Shown here: positions 34,918 to 43,282 of the stretch, in pieces
Numbering within the stretch: position 1 is the stretch's first letter
How the letters are laid out: every line of letters begins with the position of its first letter
From: an uncultured Lachnospiraceae bacterium
GTDB taxonomy: Bacteria > Bacillota > Clostridia > Lachnospirales > Lachnospiraceae
DNA length: 45,492 bases
NCBI GenBank assembly: GCA_905193085.1
Contig: CAJJNI010000001.1
Span: 1 to 45,492 of the forward strand
Direction: 5' to 3'
Made by a program: the position numbers and the translations under genes
The notes under the pieces: model-generated
Seen by the model: the letters and a program-made list of their open reading frames with translations, nothing else
Told to the model about the DNA's origin: nothing
The model's database searches: none

Positions 34918-35466
34918 TTATTGTTCAAGCTGTCTGCCGAGAAAACCAGCCGCACTTGCTGCAAGTTTTTGTTCAACTTCGCCCATTTTGCTGCGGGAAT
35001 CTTTTCCGAGCAGACAGACAGAGCCGATTGCATCACCTTCACATATAATCGGGCTTATTGTTTCACAGGGATATTCTTCCGGTATCCCTTCTGTAATTTT
35101 TACATATTTTTTCTCGTCTTTAGATGCTGTAATAAACTTTCTGTCGTTAATTGCATTATCAAGCTGCTTGCTTATTTCCTTACCGAGAAAATCTTTTTTT
35201 GAGCCGCCTGAAATGGCAATAACCTGGTCTCTGTCTGTGATACAGACAATGTGACCGCTTGTCTGTGCAAGAGAGTCAGCATACTGTTGCGAAAAAAGAC
35301 TCAATTCCCCAATAGGTGAGTATTTCTTAAGTATAATTTCGCCTTCGCGGTCAGTAAAAATTTCAAGAGGGTCGCCCTCTCTGATTCGTAAAGTGCGTCT
35401 GATTTCCTTTGGAACAACAACTCTTCCTAAATCATCTATTCTTCTGACAATACCTGTGGCCTTCAT
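34918..35466 (-). CDS. spoVT: Stage V sporulation protein T (AbrB-family SpoVT: swapped-hairpin DNA-binding domain plus GAF-like domain)
   Basis: MKATGIVRRIDDLGRVVVPKEIRRTLRIREGDPLEIF is the SpoVT/AbrB N-domain almost verbatim. 182 aa, matching the length of SpoVT. Confidence 0.9.
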   Translation of the reverse strand: MKATGIVRRIDDLGRVVVPKEIRRTLRIREGDPLEIFTDREGEIILKKYSPIGELSLFSQQYADSLAQTSGHIVCITDRDQVIAISGGSKKDFLGKEISKQLDNAINDRKFITASKDEKKYVKITEGIPEEYPCETISPIICEGDAIGSVCLLGKDSRSKMGEVEQKLAASAAGFLGRQLEQ

Positions 35467-35514
35467 AAATTTTCCTCCAATGCTTTATTTCATGCTATAT
35501 ATTAGCTTTGGAGT

Positions 35515-35543
35515 TAGTATGTGGAAATTTTGGGGAATTATTC
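35515..35543 (-). promoter_or_regulatory. Forespore (sigma-G/sigma-F-type) promoter upstream of spoVT
   Basis: On the minus strand: GAATA, 17-nt spacer, CATACTA. This matches the sigma-G consensus GHATR-N17/18-CATxxTA. spoVT is sigma-G-dependent in Bacillus. Confidence 0.55.
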
Positions 35544-35592
35544 GTGGTAAAATGGAAATTAACATTCATTATTATTTATAAAAACCTGAAAT

Positions 35593-36690
35593 TTATTCCC
35601 CAAGCATATAGTGTCCATATGCATTTGCACCCATTATTGCAGCATATGTAGTCTCAGGTGTAACTTCAAATGGCATGTTGTGAAGAGTGTCATTTTCTGC
35701 TGCGGCAGCTTTGGCAACAGCCATGATTTTCTCTTCTGTAATTTCTTTGATGCCTAATTCTTCCAATGTAACAGGAAGTCCTATTTCGATACAGAATCCA
35801 ATAATTTCTTCTAATTCATCAGTAGGTATATTTTCTAAAACTAACTGTGCAATAGTTCCGAAAGCAACTTTTTCACCGTGATACATGCTGTGGCAGTCCT
35901 CTAAAACTGTTAAACCGTTATGGATTGCGTGTGCGCCTGCAAGACCGGCACTTTCAAAACCGATACCTGATAATAAAGTATTTGCTTCGATAATTTTCTC
36001 AACTGCCGGTGTGCATACGCCGGCTTCAAGTGCGCATTTTGCTTTGATTCCTTCTTCCATAAGAGTGTTGAAACAAAGCTCAGCTAATGCCATTGCAGCA
36101 CTTGTAGTTTTTCCACCGGCACATGAAGTTGCGTTTGACCTTGAGCATGCACGGGCTTCAAAATAAGTAGCAAGTGCATCACCAATTCCTGAAACAGTAA
36201 GACGAACCGGAGATTTTGTTATAATATCAGTGTCCATCATGACGAGATTTGGATTAGCCGGAAGGAAGAGATATTCTTCAAATACACCTTCTTCAGAGTA
36301 AATAACAGATAATGCGCTGCAAGGAGCATCTGTTGAAGCAATTGTAGGACAGATTACTACAGGTGTTTTTGAATAATATGCAACAGCTTTAGCTGTATCA
36401 AAGATTTTACCGCCGCCTATACCGATAATTAAATCACAGTTATTCTGTGTCATGATACCTTTAAGGCGTTCGATTTCTTTTTTAGAGCATTCACCATTGA
36501 AAATTTCAGAAATGTATTCGCATGATGCTGCTTTAAAACTTTCTTCGATAATAGTGCCAATTCTCTTTAAACCACCGGCACTAATCAGGATAAGTGCTTT
36601 TTTTCCGTAAGCTTCAGCGTAAGTACCTAATTTCTTCATTTCCCCTGCACCCTGTACATACTTGCTTGGACTAATTAAGATTTTTGCCAT
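35593..36690 (-). CDS. gldA: Glycerol dehydrogenase (iron-containing ADH family)
   Basis: MAKILISPSKYVQGAGEM, GGGKIFDTAKAVA, AGAHAIHNGLT and HGEKVAFG. 365 aa. Confidence 0.85.
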   Translation of the reverse strand: MAKILISPSKYVQGAGEMKKLGTYAEAYGKKALILISAGGLKRIGTIIEESFKAASCEYISEIFNGECSKKEIERLKGIMTQNNCDLIIGIGGGKIFDTAKAVAYYSKTPVVICPTIASTDAPCSALSVIYSEEGVFEEYLFLPANPNLVMMDTDIITKSPVRLTVSGIGDALATYFEARACSRSNATSCAGGKTTSAAMALAELCFNTLMEEGIKAKCALEAGVCTPAVEKIIEANTLLSGIGFESAGLAGAHAIHNGLTVLEDCHSMYHGEKVAFGTIAQLVLENIPTDELEEIIGFCIEIGLPVTLEELGIKEITEEKIMAVAKAAAAENDTLHNMPFEVTPETTYAAIMGANAYGHYMLGE

Positions 36691-36749
36691 ATGATTTTCC
36701 TCCTTATTTTAACTTCCTGTTGTGAAAAGTTAATAAAATTTATAGCTTT

Positions 36750-36778
36750 ATTATAGAAAATTGTGTCAGATTTTTCAA
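36750..36778 (-). promoter_or_regulatory. Sigma-A-type promoter for gldA
   Basis: On the minus strand: TTGAAA, 17-nt spacer, TATAAT. Confidence 0.6.
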
Positions 36779-36805
36779 GAGAAATTTTATTAATAATAAG
36801 CTGAT

Positions 36806-39109
36806 TTATCTTATGATTTTTTGTCTGAAAAACTCCATTACTTTCGTGAGCCATCTCATTATTGTAATCTCAGCAATTGCAAAAACTATGCAAAGTGCAG
36901 CATATTGCAATGAAAGGTCTTCGATTGCAAATAATGAATACAGACAGGTTGAACAGCCTAAGAATCCTGCAATACATAAGACGAATACGGAACCCCGGTA
37001 TTTGTTCTGCGGGATACAAAGCTCATAAAGTATAATAAAGCCGACAATAGAGAGCAGGTAAGTGCTTGCTGTTCCTATACCGTCTTCCGGAAGATTAAAT
37101 AATTTGGAAAATACGACTAAGGCGGCTATTGATACAAATGAAGTTATTGCGGCAGGCAGCGCCCTGATTATTGTCTGTACTATAAAGCGGCCATGTTGTT
37201 TTGCTTCATTGCGTTCAAGCGCAAGGAAGAACGATGGGATACCGATATTAAACATAGAAACCAATGAAACCTGTGATGGCTGCAAAGGGTAGGTAAACGA
37301 GTTGATAATCGAAAATACCGCAAGGAACAGTGAAAACATATTTTTGTATAAAAACAGTGTTGATGAGCGGGTAATGTTATTGATGTCTCTGCGTCCTTCT
37401 GCAACAATTTCCTTAAGGTGTGAGAAATCTGAATCCATAAGGACAACCTGTGATGCTTCTCTTGCGGCATCGCTTCCTGTTCCCATTGCAATAGAGCAAT
37501 CGGCTTCTTTCATTGCAAGAATATCATTAATTCCATCTCCGGTCATTGCAACTTTAAGTTTCTGTTCCTGGAGTGCCTCTACAATTTGTTTCTTCTGTTC
37601 AGGTTTTACCCTTCCAAAAACAGTGTATCTTTTTACTGCATGGAAAATATCTTCCTTAGAGGAAAGCGTTGTGGCATCTATATAAAATTCAGAATGTTTA
37701 ATTCCGGCTTTCTGAGCTACCGTGGAGACTGTCATGGGATTGTCACCTGAAATTACTTTAATATCAACACCCTGTTCTGCAAAATAATTAAATATTTCAC
37801 GGGAGTTTTCACGTACTTCATTTTCAAGGCTGATAAATATAAGGGGTGTTGATTTGTCGTCTTCTATCGCAACAAAAGCTAAAACTCTCTGTCCACAGCC
37901 TGTCCTCTGTTCAAGAAGAAGTCTGTTGGCATTTAAGTCATCTTCTGATAATAATATTTCAGGAGCGCCGAGGCGGTATTCATGATTTTTCGTTTTTACA
38001 GATGAATATTTCGTGCGGGAGGAAAATGCACTTGTTGAAACAGCGTCAAGTTTATCTGTTCCGGTAAAATATTCTTTTAATGCCGTCATGGTTAAGTTAG
38101 TGTCGTCCATCGTGTTGATATATCTGTTTAAAATATTTGTATATTTGTTAAAATCTTCGTTGGAAATATCTGCAGGAGAAAATACTTCCTCGACAGTCAT
38201 TTCATTTCTTGTAATAGTTCCTGTTTTGTCGACACATAACACATCGACTCGTGCAAGAGTTTCGATACTTCGCATATCATGGAGAAGAACATGCCGTTTT
38301 CCAAGCCGGATAGCACTAAGAGCCAGCGCACCTGTTGTAAGAAGATACATTCCTTCTGGAATCATTCCGATTACAGCTCCGACCATTGAAACAATAGATT
38401 CGCTGAAAGAATTTCCGTTTATAATGCTCTGGACAAACAAAAATATTCCTATAGGAATAATAAGAATACCTGCAATTTTGATAATAGATTCAATATCATT
38501 TATCATTTCAGATTTCTTATCGTGCACTTTTTTTGCTTCACTCATAAGTTTTGCCGCATATGAATTTTTACCAACACTTGTCAGTGTCATATAACAACTT
38601 CCGGCAACAACAAAGCTTCCGGATTTTAATTCTGAACCTTGTCTTTTTTCAACTTCATCGGCTTCTCCGGTAAGAAGAGATTCATTTACGAGTGCAAATC
38701 CGTCTTCAACATAACCGTCAGCAGGTATCTGCTGGCCTGATTTAATCAGGACAAGGTCACCTAAAACAAGCACATCTGACGAACAGTTTTCAGCCTGTCC
38801 GTTTCTGATTACTGTGTATGTTGATTTGTCCAGTAATGACAATTTGTCGAGGATTTTTTTGGCTTTTAACTGCTGGAAAATTCCGATTACAGTATTGGCG
38901 ATTACTACCGGAAGAAAAGTAAGGCTTCTGAAAGAGCCGGCAATAATAACTAAAACTGCAATTGCTGCAAAAATTGCATTAAAATAAGTAAATATATTTT
39001 CTCTGACGATTTCTTTAACTGTTTTATCTGAAGTATCGGGTATATAATTGATGTTTCCAGCTTGTGTCTGTTTGTAGACTTCCTGTGAGGTGAGTCCGGC
39101 ATGTTTCAT
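36806..39109 (-). CDS. Cation-translocating P-type ATPase (P2-like, substrate unassigned)
   Basis: Phosphorylation site DKTGTIT, hinge TGDGINDILAMKEAD, TM4 IPEGM and TGEAD actuator motif. Confidence 0.88.
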   Translation of the reverse strand: MKHAGLTSQEVYKQTQAGNINYIPDTSDKTVKEIVRENIFTYFNAIFAAIAVLVIIAGSFRSLTFLPVVIANTVIGIFQQLKAKKILDKLSLLDKSTYTVIRNGQAENCSSDVLVLGDLVLIKSGQQIPADGYVEDGFALVNESLLTGEADEVEKRQGSELKSGSFVVAGSCYMTLTSVGKNSYAAKLMSEAKKVHDKKSEMINDIESIIKIAGILIIPIGIFLFVQSIINGNSFSESIVSMVGAVIGMIPEGMYLLTTGALALSAIRLGKRHVLLHDMRSIETLARVDVLCVDKTGTITRNEMTVEEVFSPADISNEDFNKYTNILNRYINTMDDTNLTMTALKEYFTGTDKLDAVSTSAFSSRTKYSSVKTKNHEYRLGAPEILLSEDDLNANRLLLEQRTGCGQRVLAFVAIEDDKSTPLIFISLENEVRENSREIFNYFAEQGVDIKVISGDNPMTVSTVAQKAGIKHSEFYIDATTLSSKEDIFHAVKRYTVFGRVKPEQKKQIVEALQEQKLKVAMTGDGINDILAMKEADCSIAMGTGSDAAREASQVVLMDSDFSHLKEIVAEGRRDINNITRSSTLFLYKNMFSLFLAVFSIINSFTYPLQPSQVSLVSMFNIGIPSFFLALERNEAKQHGRFIVQTIIRALPAAITSFVSIAALVVFSKLFNLPEDGIGTASTYLLSIVGFIILYELCIPQNKYRGSVFVLCIAGFLGCSTCLYSLFAIEDLSLQYAALCIVFAIAEITIMRWLTKVMEFFRQKIIR

Positions 39110-39233
39110 TTCGTCACTCCCTTAAGTTTGATAAGTTAATTTTACCAATTGAAGAATAATATTACAATAGGAACAGCACTTTATAATCATGAACTTTTTG
39201 TGTCTGGATTATCAGTAAAATGTATTCTATGTT

Positions 39234-39286
39234 GAAAAAAAGCGAACTGATAATTTTGTAATAAAATTACAGTTTATCAGTTCGCT
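39234..39286 (-). terminator. Rho-independent terminator of the transglutaminase/GGDEF-EAL operon
   Basis: Perfect 13-bp stem AGCGAACTGATAA / TTATCAGTTCGCT followed on the minus strand by a T7 run. Confidence 0.85.
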
Positions 39287-39325
39287 GAAAATATTCTAAA
39301 TATGTAGTTTGTAAGCTGATAAAAG

Positions 39326-41722
39326 CTATCTGTTTAGATATTTCTTTTCAAATTCTTCAACCGTAATTGGTTTCGAGAAATAGTAACCCTGGAAAATATC
39401 GCTTCCCATTTCTGTAAGGTTGTCCACCTGTTCTTTTGTCTCAACACCTTCGGTAACAACTTCCATGCCAAGTTTCTTAATCATTGAAATAATGAAATCA
39501 AGAATAAGCTCGCTTCGCTCCATGCGTTCAGAATTAGTATTACTTAAAAATCCCATATCAATTTTGACGACATCGACATCAATATTTTTCAACATATTTA
39601 ATGATGAATAGCCGCTTCCGAAATCATCAATTTCTATTAAAAATCCATAATCTCTTAATCGTTTAAGCAGGGAAAGCTGATTCTGCATTTCTGTCATAAG
39701 AGCAGTCTCTGTTATTTCAAGCTTTAATTTCAGATGATTTATGTCGTATTTTTCTACAATAGATGTCAGTTCTTCGTAAATATCCATGTAGTAGAAATCT
39801 TTTGCTGAAATATTTACTGAAATATATAAATCTTCGTTGCCGGATTTTTTCCATTCGGCAAGCTGTTTTGCTGCCATATCCCACATGTAGCGGTCAAGTC
39901 TGAAAATATGCCCCGTTTTTTCGAAAATTTCAATAAATTCACCTGGGAAAATCAGTCCTTTTTCGGGGTGGTTCCATCTGACTAAAGCTTCTGCGCCGAG
40001 AATCCTGCCGTCGGTAGAAACCTGCGGCTGCAGATACATGCAGAATTCATGATTATCAAGAGCTTTGTCAAATTCACTTACAAGTTTTCTTTCATTTAAT
40101 GATTTCTCCAGCAGATACTGGTCATAGTAAGCAATTATTGTGTGATAGTCTTCTTTGAAAGACTCGATGGCTATTTTACACTTGTCGCACATGATGGAAG
40201 GTGCTTCTTCATAATTTTCGACATCATATACACCGATATAAATATGAAGCTGATAAAGATTATTGCTGAATTTTTCGCGCATAAGTTTAATTGTATTAAT
40301 AAATAATTCAGGATTAAACTGATTCTTTTCTATTAATATTGCAAATTCATCACCGGAAATACGACCGCTTATGCAGTCTGCAGGTAAAATTTTCTTTAAA
40401 AGTTCAGCTTCTGTAACTAATATTTCATCACCCTGTTCTGGTCCGAACAAATCGTTGTACAATTTAAAGCCTTTAACATTTGTACATAACATGTAATATT
40501 CTTTATCAGGTGATGCCTGCAGTTTACGACCGGATGTCTCGAAAAAGTATTCGCGGTTATAGAGTCCGGTCAATTCATCATGAGTCATTTTATAATGTTC
40601 TTCATTGAAGTGGTCTACTTCCGATGTTCTGTCAGACATTGAAAAATAACAGCCAAGATATATATTGTTAGAGTCTAACAGTTTTCTGTAATTGACCCGG
40701 TAAAAATGCTTTTTATTGTCAAGTATAACTTCCTGAGTCCATTCAAAATTAGTTTTGTCAGATAAATCAGTTTCTTTAGACCAGTCTTTAAATCTTTTTC
40801 CAACTGTAATATTAATTTCTGAATCTCTCAGATATTTTGAATAGTTGACAGCTGATTTATTTTTGGCACAATTCAAATAATCATGGGTTTGTTTTAATTT
40901 GGCTGATTCATCTTTAATTGTATTTAAAATAAAATTCTGAGCTTTTTCATTACAGTATACACAGTTGTTGTACAAATCAAAACAGAAAATTGCGTCATTT
41001 AAATTGGATACTGCTAATGTAAGAATGCTTGTAATAAAACCGGTTGACCTGAAAAACAATGAATAATAGCATATTGTAACAGCAAAAAGGCAGTACATAT
41101 ACAGTGAAATGTCTATCGGATAATCAAAAATTAAATATAGCCCATTACATATTATGAGAATAAAAAACAATACCAATATTGTTATGTATTTTCGCTTGTA
41201 AAGCTTAGGTGTTTTAATTGCTTTAAATACGAATGCCAGAGCACTGAGCATTACAACGGAATATGCAAATACAATATGCATATAAAAAACAGGCGTTGTA
41301 TTAGCTATGCGCCATATATTTAATTTCCCGGCAAGATTAACCTTCTGCAAATTAAAAACATGGTGCAGCCATGGATTTAACAGTAATGAAATATTATCTA
41401 TACAGGCAATAGCAATAAATATAATTACTCCCCAGGCTGTTCTGTTAAAATTACGGGTATATTTTTCTGCATAATTAAGTACGCAGATAACAAGCCAGTC
41501 AAAACTCATAAAATATAAACTGTAGATAATGCAGGAAGCTTGTTTGTCTTTGATATTCATTGAAATACCACTCAAAACAAAAGTGACTATTCCACTAAAC
41601 AATAGTAATGCAATAGAATTTGCAAGTTTATTATTATTTGTCCTGGCTTTAAAAACACATAATCCAAGAAGAAATATAATTGTTAAATAAATTAGTGCAA
41701 ATAACAAGTTCATAAGTAACAC
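39326..41722 (-). CDS. Membrane-bound c-di-GMP turnover protein: N-terminal 7TM sensor, PAS-like region, GGDEF (SGDEF variant), EAL
   Basis: DELTGLYNREYF and RISGDEFAILI (GGDEF domain). EALVRW, EIDDFGSGYSSL, TEGVE and QGYYFSKP (EAL domain). About 7 N-terminal TM helices. Confidence 0.88.
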   Translation of the reverse strand: MLLMNLLFALIYLTIIFLLGLCVFKARTNNNKLANSIALLLFSGIVTFVLSGISMNIKDKQASCIIYSLYFMSFDWLVICVLNYAEKYTRNFNRTAWGVIIFIAIACIDNISLLLNPWLHHVFNLQKVNLAGKLNIWRIANTTPVFYMHIVFAYSVVMLSALAFVFKAIKTPKLYKRKYITILVLFFILIICNGLYLIFDYPIDISLYMYCLFAVTICYYSLFFRSTGFITSILTLAVSNLNDAIFCFDLYNNCVYCNEKAQNFILNTIKDESAKLKQTHDYLNCAKNKSAVNYSKYLRDSEINITVGKRFKDWSKETDLSDKTNFEWTQEVILDNKKHFYRVNYRKLLDSNNIYLGCYFSMSDRTSEVDHFNEEHYKMTHDELTGLYNREYFFETSGRKLQASPDKEYYMLCTNVKGFKLYNDLFGPEQGDEILVTEAELLKKILPADCISGRISGDEFAILIEKNQFNPELFINTIKLMREKFSNNLYQLHIYIGVYDVENYEEAPSIMCDKCKIAIESFKEDYHTIIAYYDQYLLEKSLNERKLVSEFDKALDNHEFCMYLQPQVSTDGRILGAEALVRWNHPEKGLIFPGEFIEIFEKTGHIFRLDRYMWDMAAKQLAEWKKSGNEDLYISVNISAKDFYYMDIYEELTSIVEKYDINHLKLKLEITETALMTEMQNQLSLLKRLRDYGFLIEIDDFGSGYSSLNMLKNIDVDVVKIDMGFLSNTNSERMERSELILDFIISMIKKLGMEVVTEGVETKEQVDNLTEMGSDIFQGYYFSKPITVEEFEKKYLNR

Positions 41723-41731
41723 CTCAGTATT

Positions 41732-43261
41732 TTAAAATGATATTCCAAGAGCAAGTTTTAATGCAAGGCTTGCGTCTGTTAAAGTAAGAGTATTATCACC
41801 ATTGATGTCAGCTATGCTAAGCTGCTCTGTAGTAAAGTTTACAATATTTAATGCAGCTTTAAGTATAAGTGTAACATCAGATAATGTTACTGAGCCGTCA
41901 AAATTAACATCACCTAAAGGTGATTCATCAGGGTTTGTGTCAGATGAAAGTTTTAATGATATAAGTGAATTTATTCCGCTATAGCCCTGTGTGACACCAC
42001 AGTAGAGAGTTCCGTTATTTATTCTCAGACCTAATAAGTTCCCCTCAATTGATGGTGTTGCGACTGCGTTTGCACCTTCTGATGCAGTATAGGAGTAAAT
42101 AGTATCATTAGAATTAAAGTAAAGTGTGTTATTATATACATCTAATCCTGAAAACGCATTGAGCATGTAAGTGCCTTCCTGATTATACAGATACCATTTA
42201 TCAAAGCAGTAAACAGAATTTCCGCGGTCAGCTAAATTTCCTGAATATAAATGTGTTGTTGCATCTGAGTCGTTGTAACCAAGATAGTACCAACTGCCGT
42301 TGACATATTTATATGGAGAACAGATATTATCAGTTTTCCAGTAGTAATTATCATATTTTGTGTCAGTACACTTATAATAGCAGTTCCAGTCATAGTGTCT
42401 GTCAGAACTTGCATCAGATGTGGCAAATTTTGTGTCACTTGCAAGAAGATAATCGTGTGAAGCAAGTGAAAATTTATCTGTTACCGGGTCATCCCATGTT
42501 GCATCAAGATGATACCAGTTTCCATTAATTTTTACAACATTCCAAATGTGGCTCATTGAATCACTTGAAGCAGTTGAAACATCAATGCCGAGTTTTTTCA
42601 TTACGCTTGAAAATACAGCAGTGTATGCCTGACACACACCTTTTCCTGTGGAAAAGAAAGAATATGCATCATAATTTTTATAGTCTGTATCATATTCATA
42701 ATTTTGTGTAATATAGTCATGGACAAAAACAACTTTTTCTAAATCAGACCATGATGTATTTACTTTGTCAGTAATATCTTTAATGCCGTTATTATATACA
42801 GTCATCATTTGTGCAAGCTGGCTTCCGCTGTATTTATAAGTTGGTTCAAGTATAGATATTGCTGTGCCATCAGGTGATAAATAATAAGAATAGGAACTTC
42901 CTATATAAAATAAATCCCCACAGTTATTTACTATATCCTGATACAGCTGTTTGATTTGTGTTGGTTCAATATGAAATTTTTCTATATTAATTGACTTTTC
43001 GCTGTTGATAAGTCCGTTATAAATAGTCTCTTGAACAGAACCTGCTTCATATGAAAAAAGCTTATTTCTTAAAGTGCTTTTGCTGTTATCAAGTACATAA
43101 TCATTTTCTAATGGGACAACTGCGCCATCACTGTAAAGACTTAAAATGTCAGTGCTTTTAACTGATTCAGAAGCTGATGTAATGTTTCCGATGCTTAATG
43201 TTCCTGTAAAAAGAGAAAATCCTAATGCCAGACTCAATATTTTTCGTGTTAAATTCTTCAT
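41732..43261 (-). CDS. Secreted transglutaminase-like (Cys-His-Asp) protein with C-terminal dockerin
   Basis: Signal peptide. GVCQAYTAVF (Cys), SHIWNVVKINGNWYHLDATWDDP (His/Asp). Dockerin GDVNFDGSVTLSDVTLILKAALNI ... DINGDNTLTLTDASLALKLALGI. Ends 9 nt before the GGDEF-EAL start. Confidence 0.8.
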   Translation of the reverse strand: MKNLTRKILSLALGFSLFTGTLSIGNITSASESVKSTDILSLYSDGAVVPLENDYVLDNSKSTLRNKLFSYEAGSVQETIYNGLINSEKSINIEKFHIEPTQIKQLYQDIVNNCGDLFYIGSSYSYYLSPDGTAISILEPTYKYSGSQLAQMMTVYNNGIKDITDKVNTSWSDLEKVVFVHDYITQNYEYDTDYKNYDAYSFFSTGKGVCQAYTAVFSSVMKKLGIDVSTASSDSMSHIWNVVKINGNWYHLDATWDDPVTDKFSLASHDYLLASDTKFATSDASSDRHYDWNCYYKCTDTKYDNYYWKTDNICSPYKYVNGSWYYLGYNDSDATTHLYSGNLADRGNSVYCFDKWYLYNQEGTYMLNAFSGLDVYNNTLYFNSNDTIYSYTASEGANAVATPSIEGNLLGLRINNGTLYCGVTQGYSGINSLISLKLSSDTNPDESPLGDVNFDGSVTLSDVTLILKAALNIVNFTTEQLSIADINGDNTLTLTDASLALKLALGISF

Positions 43262-43282
43262 AATAAATTCCTCCTCATGATT

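Noticed and set aside
34859-35254. Plus-strand ORFs (131, 93 and 60 aa) opposite spoVT
   Set aside because: They are antisense to a very confidently identified spoVT and have Cys/Ser-rich non-protein-like composition.
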